Positions 9,076-20,042 of a stretch of 61,504 nt of DNA are shown piece by piece. Every line of letters begins with the position of its first letter. The stretch's first letter is position 1. The notes under the pieces are model-generated. The model searched no databases and had not been told where the DNA came from. It saw nothing but the letters and a program-made list of their open reading frames with translations. Position numbers and translations under genes: made by a program. The DNA is from an uncultured Ectothiorhodospiraceae bacterium. Its GTDB lineage: Bacteria; Pseudomonadota; Gammaproteobacteria; UBA9214. The DNA is taken from assembly GCA_947258615.1 (NCBI GenBank), contig CAMYIX010000075.1, forward strand, positions 1 through 61,504. The letters run 5' to 3'.

Positions 9076-9812
9076 CAAACACAGCCTTCTTATCCGTTCT
9101 TGTCGACCATGAGCACCACTCTCAGGAGAGGCCTGAATAAGGCCGTATAAAATCCGGGGTATACCGGGGATCCAGGCAATCAGGATACCTGATATATGCC
9201 ACCAGCACACGCCAGCGTATCAACCCGGGGGGGTAATTCCCAAGCAGGACTCATTGCAGCGCTCCCTGCCCCGAACATACTGCTGGCGCAGACATGCCGG
9301 GCATGCTGTATCAAGGATAGGGATTGAAGGGTGACCTGGCGATTTCTACGAGATAGCAAGAAATCATGTCTTCCAGAACATCAAGCGGATTAACCGGTTG
9401 TTGACGGCGTTCTCGGCAGGTATCCATTCCACCGAGAGGTTATTCAGCCGCCGGTCCGGCATCCTGCGACGATCGCATGGAAACAATCTTTCCATCTCAA
9501 TGGATCCACAACGCCTGTCCTTATCCATTCTTCTTTCCATGTTTCTTCGGATCCTGGTCCTGTCGAAGTAAGGCGGTCTTATTCGTAGATTAACATACTA
9601 GTATAAAAATCCCGGGATGAAACAAATTTTTATGGGCGGCACGGGCACACTCCGAGTCCATGAGCAGGGCATAACGCCCACCCGGCAGATTGAGCTGATA
9701 TTCCCGGCATCACCGGCGACGACCGGTACAAAATCGTACCTTAGGACAATAGACCGGCAACGCATTGTTCAATATTATTTTTCTGGAGATCAACAACAAT
9801 AAAGCCCATAAC

Positions 9813-10160
9813 ATGGCGGGTGATTTCATGCGAAAGAGAAAAATAACCCGGGCAGGCAGGAACCTTCACAGAGATACCCTGCACACGCCCACGATATTGA
9901 CCCTGCTGTCCCATATCATCAGGGCGATGTTCACAGGCGGCATGCTGTTTCTGTATGTCGCCGGTACAGCACTGATCATGCTGCTCGACTACAACCGCGT
10001 CGCGCTCGACATCCCCATCGTTCTTGTGTTCGGCCCCCTGGTCCTGCTCGTGCTGGTCAATGGATCCGACGCGTGGCAGAAAGACTGGCAGGCCTATCAC
10101 CTGAAACTGGCCGACAAGCAAAATCGTGACCGCGACAGATACTATTCTCCTAACTACTAG
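9813..10160 (+). CDS. Hypothetical small membrane protein (two predicted TM helices)
   Basis: The ORF 9765-10160 is trimmed to the internal ATG at 9813 (alternative 9828). Hydrophobic stretches are ILTLLSHIIRAMFTGGMLFLYVAGTALIMLL and IPIVLVFGPLVLLVLVNG. It lies in the low-GC region and has no clear Shine-Dalgarno sequence. Confidence 0.4.
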   Translation: MAGDFMRKRKITRAGRNLHRDTLHTPTILTLLSHIIRAMFTGGMLFLYVAGTALIMLLDYNRVALDIPIVLVFGPLVLLVLVNGSDAWQKDWQAYHLKLADKQNRDRDRYYSPNY

Positions 10161-10367
10161 CGCACCTGAACGGACTGTCCTGCAGCTTATGGGAATGTAA
10201 TCAAACGCTGAAATACTCAGCCTTTATATAACGTGCTCGTCGGGAAGGTGGCTTCCAGGCAGGTACTGTTTGAGATTTAGTTAATCCAGATTAAGGAAGG
10301 AATCCCCTTTTGTGACTAGAATTACTAATGCCTTCTGGACAGGATGCAAAATGAGGAGGGTATTACG

Positions 10368-10601
10368 ATGAGTACAAAACTAGCAGAGGTCACTTTCCAT
10401 ATCGACGAAGAAACCACGCACGCTGAACGCGAAAGTCTACGCGATACGTTACTGGATATGGGGGGCGTCATGGCCGCCGCCTATCATGATGAAAAGCCGC
10501 ACCTGATGTTGATCGAATATGATCCGGATGCCATCAATTCCATGGCATTTGTCGATGCTGCCAAGACCCGCGGACTCCATGCCGAACTGATCGGTTTCTG
10601 A
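10368..10601 (+). CDS. Hypothetical 77-aa protein with a degenerate HMA/ferredoxin-like pattern lacking the CxxC metal site
   Basis: An AGGAGG Shine-Dalgarno sequence lies 8 nt before the ATG at 10368. MSTKLAEVTFHIDEETTHAERESLRDTLLDMGGVMAAAYHDEKPHLMLIEYDPDAINSMAFVDAAKTRGLHAELIGF follows the beta-alpha-beta-beta-alpha-beta spacing of HMA domains, with DEETTHAE where GMTCxxC would be. Confidence 0.5.
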   Translation: MSTKLAEVTFHIDEETTHAERESLRDTLLDMGGVMAAAYHDEKPHLMLIEYDPDAINSMAFVDAAKTRGLHAELIGF

Positions 10602-10708
10602 AGTAACGCATTAAATTACAATTAGTTGCGAGTTATTAACAGCATGGCGGCGGCCTCAACACAGGTCGCCGCAGGCCGTTATCAGTATCGCCCGCGCCCG
10701 AAACGGCA

Positions 10709-11122
10709 TCAGGGCCGGTACAACTCACTGCATTGCTCCACGTAGTCCTCGATCGCCCTGAACGATTCATTGTCCAGACCGATAAACTGCACACCAACGT
10801 GGTACTTGTCCTGGGCAAGCCGTTCGGTATGGACGACGCTGACGTTGGTCCGCAGCGATGTCTGGTTATCGTGAACAGATTTGAACTGAAAGCGAATCCC
10901 GACCTCCACCCCGGCGACCTGCCCCGGCACCCTCTGACCTTCCGGGAGAAGGGCAAACAAGACCTCCTGGCCACAACAGAACTTCAGCCCACCGACTGAC
11001 AGATTCAGAATACGCACCGACGCCGGGCCACCACCCGGAAAACACAATTCACAGGGCAGGTCCACGCGAGCCCGGTGATATCTCCTGTTGATCCAATGGT
11101 GTTGCTGTTTGCGCCTGTTCAT
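10709..11122 (-). CDS. Stand-alone PilZ-domain protein (putative c-di-GMP receptor)
   Basis: 137 aa. It carries an RxxxR motif (RRYHR) followed about 25 aa later by D/NxSxxG (NLSVGG). Confidence 0.7.
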   Translation of the reverse strand: MNRRKQQHHWINRRYHRARVDLPCELCFPGGGPASVRILNLSVGGLKFCCGQEVLFALLPEGQRVPGQVAGVEVGIRFQFKSVHDNQTSLRTNVSVVHTERLAQDKYHVGVQFIGLDNESFRAIEDYVEQCSELYRP

Positions 11123-11697
11123 GTCTGTCCGTTTCTGGGCGTACTTGACTCCCCAGGACTTGAATACACCTGTAGCGGAAAGAAGCTAATGTATGCACCC
11201 ATACGCCAAACATCAAGCTGTGCGCAGGACCAGGGTGGCAATTGAAATTGGCGGCAACACCCGACCCGACAGCAGCGGATCACGTACAGGTTTAGTACAG
11301 TAGGAAACCCGGATAATGGAAACTTCAGCTCCAGATGGAAGCGGGCAGCCTGCGACCACCTTACCTTACAGCAAGATCCAGCGACCGGCACCGCCCGTGG
11401 CCGGGTACTATCCACAACAGGCTTCCGCAGCCTCCCGGCCACTTCCGGACTACACACCGGGCAGATCCTTACATCCCGGGAGCCCGGCGTTCATTGGCAT
11501 GCCTGACTCCCTTTGGATAGTAAATATCGACCGGCCCATGCCTCTGCCGCGCAATGTACTCTTCACCCTTCTGCTGGACCGTAAACCCTGCCACTGCCGA
11601 ACGGTCCGCAGCAAAACGGCACCCACACCGGCGCCGTCACAGGAACTTGATCTGTTAACAATGATGCACCCGGCGGAAAACACCGAACACCTCGCCT

Positions 11698-12843
11698 CTA
11701 CTTGTTAGGCCACTCGATGTCGCCGGACACCCGACGCCCCTGGGGTGTAATCACCAGGCCCCTGATCTCCTTGACAATCTCCTTGATCTCGGCAATATCA
11801 TCGCCCATCTTGTCCACACAGGTCTCGATAAAGGCAATCTGCGCCGACTGGTAGTCATCGTTCATGAATACCATGAGGTCGTAGGCCTCCTTGGCAATCC
11901 GGTAACCCACCTCCAGCGGGGTACAGGCAGAAGCTGCGTTGTTACCCAGCACATCCTGGTTCGCCGGGTGTTTGCACACCTCGGTCGAGATCTCCATCGC
12001 CTTCATGGCAATATAGGTTGGCATCACGATCGCCGTATGAATGGGCGTATTGATAATGGCACCGGGACGCGGCGGGCAAGATTTTCCGGGATCCGCAGCC
12101 AGCGACTGTGCCCGGGAACGGAGATACTGACTCTGCAGCGCCAGTTCCTCGCTGGCGCCCTGCATCTCCTCCAGGGCCTCGCCGATTTCCTCATCAAAGC
12201 GCTGGCGCTTGTGCTCGACCTCCTGGTCCTTGCCCTTGCACTCAGTCGGGCATAGACCCTCCTGGCGTTCACTCACGCGGATGATGCCGTCACGTTCACC
12301 GTTCTCGTCTATCACTCTGACCTTCCAGTTATTGCAAGCGGAATCGCCGGCATTGCTCTGGTCCCTGGCACTAAAATACTCAATGCTCTCTTCCAGGTTG
12401 GTGCCCGGATCCTGGATGCCCTCGCCGCCCCCAAGATCGTCCAGAAACTCGCCCAGCGCCTCGGAATCGACGGCTTTGGATGAACAGGTCTTGCTCCCAT
12501 CCTGCTGTTTCTTGCCCTTGCCCTTGTAGGCACCTTCAAACAGTTCGGTGTAGTCGGCCTCCAGCAGGGCATCGTTTTCACCATGGGCGCGCTGATTGGC
12601 CTTGTGGAGTTTCCCGACCCGATCCCTGGCTCGCTCACAGCCCTCATTGCTCATACCATCGCACACACCATCAACAACATCACCGAGGTTGGTGACCAAA
12701 TCTGCCTCGGCCTCGATGAGCCCGCATATCTTGCTCTTTGTGGGTGCATTATTATTAAAGGAGCAATCCTTAACGGCCCATGCCGGCGGAGATGCAAGGC
12801 AGAGACAGGCGGCGGCTGCTAGCAGTAGATTTGTCGTTTTCAT
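11698..12843 (-). CDS. Hypothetical secreted Cys-rich acidic protein
   Basis: The ORF is trimmed to the ATG at 12843, which has an AGGAGG Shine-Dalgarno sequence (AGGAGGAGAAAGATG). The signal peptide is MKTTNLLLAAAACLCLASPPAWA|VKD. The mature protein has about 14 Cys, is rich in charged residues and has coiled-coil-like stretches. No family recognised. Confidence 0.6.
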   Translation of the reverse strand: MKTTNLLLAAAACLCLASPPAWAVKDCSFNNNAPTKSKICGLIEAEADLVTNLGDVVDGVCDGMSNEGCERARDRVGKLHKANQRAHGENDALLEADYTELFEGAYKGKGKKQQDGSKTCSSKAVDSEALGEFLDDLGGGEGIQDPGTNLEESIEYFSARDQSNAGDSACNNWKVRVIDENGERDGIIRVSERQEGLCPTECKGKDQEVEHKRQRFDEEIGEALEEMQGASEELALQSQYLRSRAQSLAADPGKSCPPRPGAIINTPIHTAIVMPTYIAMKAMEISTEVCKHPANQDVLGNNAASACTPLEVGYRIAKEAYDLMVFMNDDYQSAQIAFIETCVDKMGDDIAEIKEIVKEIRGLVITPQGRRVSGDIEWPNK

Positions 12844-12939
12844 CTTTCTCCTCCTGATCATTCCATGATCCTGATTCCTGCCGTCCTCATCCGGCCTTGA
12901 AAACTGCTTCTAATAATATTAAAGACCCATATCGAGGGG

Positions 12940-12953
12940 ATTGCCATGGCAAT
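12940..12953. promoter_or_regulatory. Perfect 14-nt palindrome, candidate operator upstream of the Cys-rich protein gene
   Basis: ATTGCCATGGCAAT, about 100 nt upstream of the ATG at 12843, in AT-rich non-coding DNA. Confidence 0.25.
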
Positions 12954-13318
12954 AGTCGATCAGGAAGTGGTTGTGCCCCGGAGCGGAAGCCAGCATAAGC
13001 AGCCAGAAGTCAGGGACTTTTATGTTGGCATGTAAATACAAGCTGGAAATTGACTGACCGGCGCACTGTCTGGCTGGCGCAGTGACTTGATCACAAGGCA
13101 CGTCAGGCAGGAATATCTGACTCCGGAATGGCACTGGGCAAGACCATATCCGATAGCCGGGACTTTTATTGCCGCAGACCAGAGCAATCTGCAGGGAGGA
13201 AGACGGACTCTTTTGGGGCAGAGTCTATAATTACAGATCAGCTAGTGCTCGAGAACATGGTTGGCTCTCTGTTTGCCTTTCGGGCTCCAACCCAATTGAT
13301 TCAGGTGATTATTGATTT

Positions 13319-13394
13319 TGGAGCTGGCGAGAGGAGTCGAACCCCCGACCGGCTGATTACAAATCAGCTGCTCTACCAACTGAGCTACGCCAGC
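13319..13394 (-). tRNA. tRNA-Thr (anticodon UGU)
   Basis: The reverse complement is GCTGGCGTAGCTCAGTTGGTAGAGCAGCTGATTTGTAATCAGCCGGTCGGGGGTTCGACTCCTCTCGCCAGCTCCA (76 nt). It has a 7-bp acceptor stem, a GCTC/GAGC D stem and a GCTGA/TCAGC anticodon stem. The anticodon loop TTTGTAA gives anticodon TGT. The T-loop is TTCGACT and the CCA is encoded. Confidence 0.9.
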
Positions 13395-13447
13395 GTGATA
13401 TGGTTAATCAGGCGGGTATTCTAGTGAATCCGCGTGGCTACCGCAAT

Positions 13448-14107
13448 TCATCGGCAGGCCAGTTCCTGCAGGCGGATATCCGGGTATTGCTCCAGGATCG
13501 ATTGTCCCGCCGGGACCTCGAAATTCTCCAGGTCCAGCCAGTGGACGGTACGGGTGGAGTAGCGCGGCTCGATCAGCGGCTCGAAACCGAACTCACGAAT
13601 TCGTTCACTGTGCTTGTTGGCCGATGCGCGCTCCCTGAAGATCCCCAGCGAAACAAAATCCTCGGCACCAACAAAATAATCCTTGACCTTGTTCTCCTTG
13701 AGCACCGCCACCACCTGCAACGCCTGCTCGTGGCCCAGTGTGGGCAGGTAGACCCAGTAGCCAATCTGCGTCTGCACATTACTGCTGCGCGACTGCGGTT
13801 CGAACCCAAGCTCCCTGAGTTGCTCACCGGCTGCCTGCATTTCCGCTGCCACCATAAATGGACCGAGTGCGTGGCAGGTCATCGGTGCACCCGCGCCCGG
13901 AGGTTGCATGTCGGTCAGTTCCTCGAGTTCGGACATATTCGCTGAATCGTTACCCACCCCCCTTTCATGTACTGTGGTCAGCGAACGGACGCCGGGAGGC
14001 AACGGCGGCAGGGTACGCACGACCTCTGTTTCCGGTGCATCCCCGGCCATATTCCAGGCAAAATAGAGGCAGTTTGCGACCACCAGCAAATAGATCACGT
14101 AACGCAT
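13448..14107 (-). CDS. SPOR-domain-containing membrane-anchored protein
   Basis: 219 aa with an N-terminal TM segment (YVIYLLVVANCLYFAWN). The C-terminus has repeated beta-alpha-beta-beta units (GYWVYLPTLG...ALQVV..., SLGIFRERASANKHSERIREFG). It follows coaX, as in other gammaproteobacteria. Confidence 0.6.
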   Translation of the reverse strand: MRYVIYLLVVANCLYFAWNMAGDAPETEVVRTLPPLPPGVRSLTTVHERGVGNDSANMSELEELTDMQPPGAGAPMTCHALGPFMVAAEMQAAGEQLRELGFEPQSRSSNVQTQIGYWVYLPTLGHEQALQVVAVLKENKVKDYFVGAEDFVSLGIFRERASANKHSERIREFGFEPLIEPRYSTRTVHWLDLENFEVPAGQSILEQYPDIRLQELACR

Positions 14108-14853
14108 GCTTCCTCCGCGGCAAGTATGGCAATTCCCTTCAGTACGAGATCGGGGTCATGGCGCGGCTGCCAGCCTAGCAGCGGCAGCAAGTGAGCGGCG
14201 TCACCGCCGGTGATCAGTATTTCAGTCTGCCCCCCCAACTCGGCGACGATATCCGCTACAACCCGGTCGATCATCGCGCTGGCCATGTAGCTTACGCCGT
14301 TATTGACGGCCTCCGCCGTGTCCTGCGCGAACAGGGTAATGTCCGTACTCTTTGCGCCCGTACGGGACCCGATGTCCGAGGTATCTGTCGACAGGTCCTG
14401 CCTCATCATCTCGAGCCCGGGCGCGATCATGCCGCCCAGATGCCGGCCACTCGCGGCGAGTGCATCGATGGTGATAGCGGTTCCGCAATCGATGATACAT
14501 ACCGGACCCGGCGAGGCGTGGCGGGCCGCCACCAGTGCAGCCCAGCGATCGACACCCAGCTTCCCGGGGTCGGTATAGGCATTGACCACACCTGCCGCAG
14601 CGGCGCCAACACGGATATAGCGAGGCGAAAGCTGCCAGCGTGCCGCCACCCAGTCGTTTATTTCGCGCTGCATTGCCGGCCCGGCTACATTGGCCACGGC
14701 AATAGCATCCGGCACCGGCAGGTGTCCCCAGGCCGCATTGGCCAATTCACCGAAATCCCGGTTGCGCCTCAGAAAATAGCCACGACAGGTGAGGCCTCCC
14801 TGTTCCTCGACGGCCCACTTCACCGAGCTGTTACCGACATCAAGCAGCATCAT
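14095..14853 (-). CDS. coaX: Type III pantothenate kinase
   Basis: 252 aa beginning MMLLDVGNSSVKWA, with ...IDCGTAITID... and ...ILITGGDA.... It follows birA with a 4-nt overlap. Confidence 0.9.
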   Translation of the reverse strand: MMLLDVGNSSVKWAVEEQGGLTCRGYFLRRNRDFGELANAAWGHLPVPDAIAVANVAGPAMQREINDWVAARWQLSPRYIRVGAAAAGVVNAYTDPGKLGVDRWAALVAARHASPGPVCIIDCGTAITIDALAASGRHLGGMIAPGLEMMRQDLSTDTSDIGSRTGAKSTDITLFAQDTAEAVNNGVSYMASAMIDRVVADIVAELGGQTEILITGGDAAHLLPLLGWQPRHDPDLVLKGIAILAAEEACVT

Positions 14854-15830
14854 GTTGCCACCCGCAGGCTCACCTCGCCGGACGCAAAACGCCGGTACCC
14901 TTTCGACGTCTCCACCAACAGTGCGCCAGCGGCATCCACACCACAGGCCCGCCCCTGGATACGTTCATTGGGCAATTCCAGGCTGACCTCGCGGCCATCG
15001 ACCAGGTCATACTGGCGCCACTCGGCCAGGAAAGGTTCCAGGCCCGACTGCTCGAATTCCGCAATTGCGGAAACACTGCAGTCCAGCACACTTGCTGCAA
15101 GCCGATTACGGGGGAAGCGCTGCCTGCCCGTCAACCGGCACAGGTCGATCCAGGGCTGGTCGATAGCGGTGGCGGACGCAGCCGGCATTGAAACGTTCAT
15201 TCCCACACCAACGATGACGCTGCAGGGCCCGCTGCTCTCCCCCGCCACGTCGATCAGGATACCGGCCAACTTGGCCCCGTCCACCAGTACGTCATTGGGC
15301 CATTTCAATCCGGCGCTATCAATACCGAAGCCATGCAAGCTGCGCAGCAGGGCCACGCCGACCACCAGACTGAGACCGCCCAGCCCGGCGGCACCCGCAT
15401 CGGAACGCCACAGCAGGGAGAGATACAGGTTGGCGGCAAACGGAGAAATCCAGGGACGGTTGCGGCGTCCGCGCCCGCCATGCTGCATTTCCGCGAGGCA
15501 GACACTGCCGGAAGGCGCCCCGTCCAGGGCCTGCTGGCGCAGCCAGGTGTTGGTCGAATCGATTTCCAGGAAGGTATCAAGCTGCGCCAGCCACGCCCGC
15601 GTGGTCGGACTGAGCCCTGTCAGGATGGCATCGGCATCCAGTAACTCGAACGAATCCGGCAGTCGATAGCCCTTGCCGCGCACCACTTCCAGCGGCAGCC
15701 CGTGCTCACGCAAGGCGCGCACCTGCTTCCAGACCGCCATCCGGCTCACACCCAGCGCCGCGCCCAGCGTCTCCCCCGAATGGTAATGCCCATCCGCAAG
15801 AAGGTTCAGCAACCGGCGACGCATCGACAT
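14850..15830 (-). CDS. birA: Bifunctional biotin-[acetyl-CoA-carboxylase] ligase / biotin operon repressor
   Basis: The ORF is trimmed to the ATG at 15830 (MSMRRRLLNLLADGHYHSGETLGAALGVSRMAVWKQVRALREHG, the wHTH). The ligase motif is QHGGRGRRNRPW. Confidence 0.9.
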   Translation of the reverse strand: MSMRRRLLNLLADGHYHSGETLGAALGVSRMAVWKQVRALREHGLPLEVVRGKGYRLPDSFELLDADAILTGLSPTTRAWLAQLDTFLEIDSTNTWLRQQALDGAPSGSVCLAEMQHGGRGRRNRPWISPFAANLYLSLLWRSDAGAAGLGGLSLVVGVALLRSLHGFGIDSAGLKWPNDVLVDGAKLAGILIDVAGESSGPCSVIVGVGMNVSMPAASATAIDQPWIDLCRLTGRQRFPRNRLAASVLDCSVSAIAEFEQSGLEPFLAEWRQYDLVDGREVSLELPNERIQGRACGVDAAGALLVETSKGYRRFASGEVSLRVAT

Positions 15831-15903
15831 GCCCGTGAGCTTATCACAACGACACAAAATCCCACGGTTGCGGCAGGCAGGGCGGGCAGGCCGACCGTAC
15901 CGC

Positions 15904-17103
15904 CTAGGTGCGGTACTCCGCGTTGATCCGGACGTAGTCATAGGACAGATCGCAGGTCCAGACCCGCTCGAAGAAATCGCCACGCCCGAGCATGACGCGG
16001 ATGGTAAAGGCATCCCTGTCCATCACCGCCTGCCCTGCGGCCTCGGTGTACTCCGTCGCCGGTTCGCCAGCACGAATGATGCACACATCATCCAGGAAGA
16101 TATTGATCCCCTGCAGATCCAGGTCGGGGATACCGGAACGGCCGACAGCGGCCAGGATGCGGCCCCAGTTAGGGTCACCGGCAAACAGCGCCGTCTTCAC
16201 CAGGGGCGAATGGGCGATGGTGTACGCGACCTCGAGACACTCGTCGCAGTTGCCCCCCTCCTCGACCGCGACGGTGACGAACTTGGTGGCGCCCTCGCCG
16301 TCACGCACTATGGCCTGGGCAAGCTCCACGCAAATACCGGCGATTGCAGCGGCAAACCGGGTGTAGTGTTCGCCGCTATCCGTTATTCGCGGCAGACCGC
16401 TCTGCCCGGTGGCCACCAGTACACAGGCGTCATTGGTAGAGGTGTCACCGTCAACAGTTATGCGGTTGAAGGAATGCTCCACGGCGCGCTCCAGACAGGC
16501 CTGCAAAACGTCGTTTCCCGTGGCGGCGTCGGTGGCGATAAAGGCCAGCATGGTGGCCATGTCCGGGCGGATCATACCGGACCCCTTGGCGATGCCGGTG
16601 ATGGTGATTGTGTGCCCGTCGATCACCAGGCGGCGCGAGGCACCCTTGGGAACGGTGTCGGTGGTCAGTATCCCGTAGGCTGCATCCAGCCAGCCATCAT
16701 CGGACAGCTCAGCGTCCGCGGCCGGGATGCCCTGTTCGATCTTCTCCACCGGCAGGGCCTGGCCGATCACCCCGGTCGAGAACGGCAGTACAGCCTCGGG
16801 CGCACACCCGGCTGTGGTCGCCAGCACCTCACAGCAGCGACGCGCATCCCGCAGGCCCTGCCCTCCGGTGCCGGCATTGGCATTACCGGTGTTGACCAGC
16901 AGGTAGCGCGGTGCCGTGGCCGCCAGATGCTCGCGGGCCAGGATCACCGGCGCGGCGCAGAAGGCATTACGGGTGAACACCGCCGCACAGCCGGAATCCT
17001 CTGCCAGCGCCATAATCACCAGGTCGCGCCGGTCCGGTGTCTTGATGCCGGCACGGGTGGTCCCCAGCCGGAAACCGGGCACGGGATACAGTTCAGGCAA
17101 CAC
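15904..17103 (-). CDS. argJ: Bifunctional glutamate N-acetyltransferase / amino-acid acetyltransferase
   Basis: 399 aa with a GTG start. It reads ...[12 protein letters not shown]... and ...[11 protein letters not shown] (the autoprocessing T site), ending ...[15 protein letters not shown]. Confidence 0.9.
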   Translation of the reverse strand: MLPELYPVPGFRLGTTRAGIKTPDRRDLVIMALAEDSGCAAVFTRNAFCAAPVILAREHLAATAPRYLLVNTGNANAGTGGQGLRDARRCCEVLATTAGCAPEAVLPFSTGVIGQALPVEKIEQGIPAADAELSDDGWLDAAYGILTTDTVPKGASRRLVIDGHTITITGIAKGSGMIRPDMATMLAFIATDAATGNDVLQACLERAVEHSFNRITVDGDTSTNDACVLVATGQSGLPRITDSGEHYTRFAAAIAGICVELAQAIVRDGEGATKFVTVAVEEGGNCDECLEVAYTIAHSPLVKTALFAGDPNWGRILAAVGRSGIPDLDLQGINIFLDDVCIIRAGEPATEYTEAAGQAVMDRDAFTIRVMLGRGDFFERVWTCDLSYDYVRINAEYRT

Positions 17104-17325
17104 GGATCAAGCCCCGCAGCTTGTATTTGGACAAAAGAACGAAACCGCAGAGACGCCGGGAACGCAGAGCATACAGATTCATAATTACAGAAAAATCAGA
17201 TTTTAGTATTGATCCGGGATTAAGGCCTGAACACAGGGCAGGCATAATTTGGTTTTGCTTTCTCGGTGCCCTCTGCGCCTCTGCGGTGAGGATTGAGTAG
17301 CGGATCTGATTCGAATCCCACGCTG

Positions 17326-19919
<2,594 letters not shown>

Positions 19920-20042
19920 GAAAGTTTACTGTGATTTTTCAGGGTCGGAATCCAATCCCTCATCATACCCCAAGCGGCGGATTGCATGAAGGATTCCGGA
20001 GTGCCGGGGACGTCGGACAATGTGCCCCTGCGGGTGTGGCTA

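Noticed and set aside
11316-11708. The 130-aa plus-strand ORF, and overlapping minus-strand ORFs (11119-11457, 11450-11683), in the PilZ upstream spacer
   Set aside because: The translations are Pro/Ser/Arg-rich with no Shine-Dalgarno sequence and no motifs. The ORFs overlap each other and the end of the Cys-rich gene. The region is treated as non-coding.
9216-13318. Calling the low-GC block a genomic island or mobile element
   Set aside because: No integrase, transposase, phage or conjugation gene is present. I found no direct repeat of the tRNA-Thr 3' end (TGGAGCTGGCGAGAGGAGTCGAACC or part of it) at the distal side. It is reported as a finding, not as a mobile_element feature.
13128-13424. 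The 98-aa ORF on the plus strand
   Set aside because: It reads straight through the tRNA-Thr gene on the opposite strand, so it is spurious.
17141-17291. Inverted ACCGCAGAG / CTCTGCGGT segments flanking an AT-rich core of about 110 nt between secA and argJ (a MITE/REP-like idea)
   Set aside because: Only about 9 nt pair perfectly and similarity decays immediately outside that. There is no second copy elsewhere in the window and no target-site duplication is visible.
17290-17325. tRNA-like T-arm string GATTCGAATCC just downstream of secA
   Set aside because: The flanking bases cannot form a T stem or an acceptor stem. No D or anticodon arm is present. It is probably a chance palindrome (GATTCGAATC).
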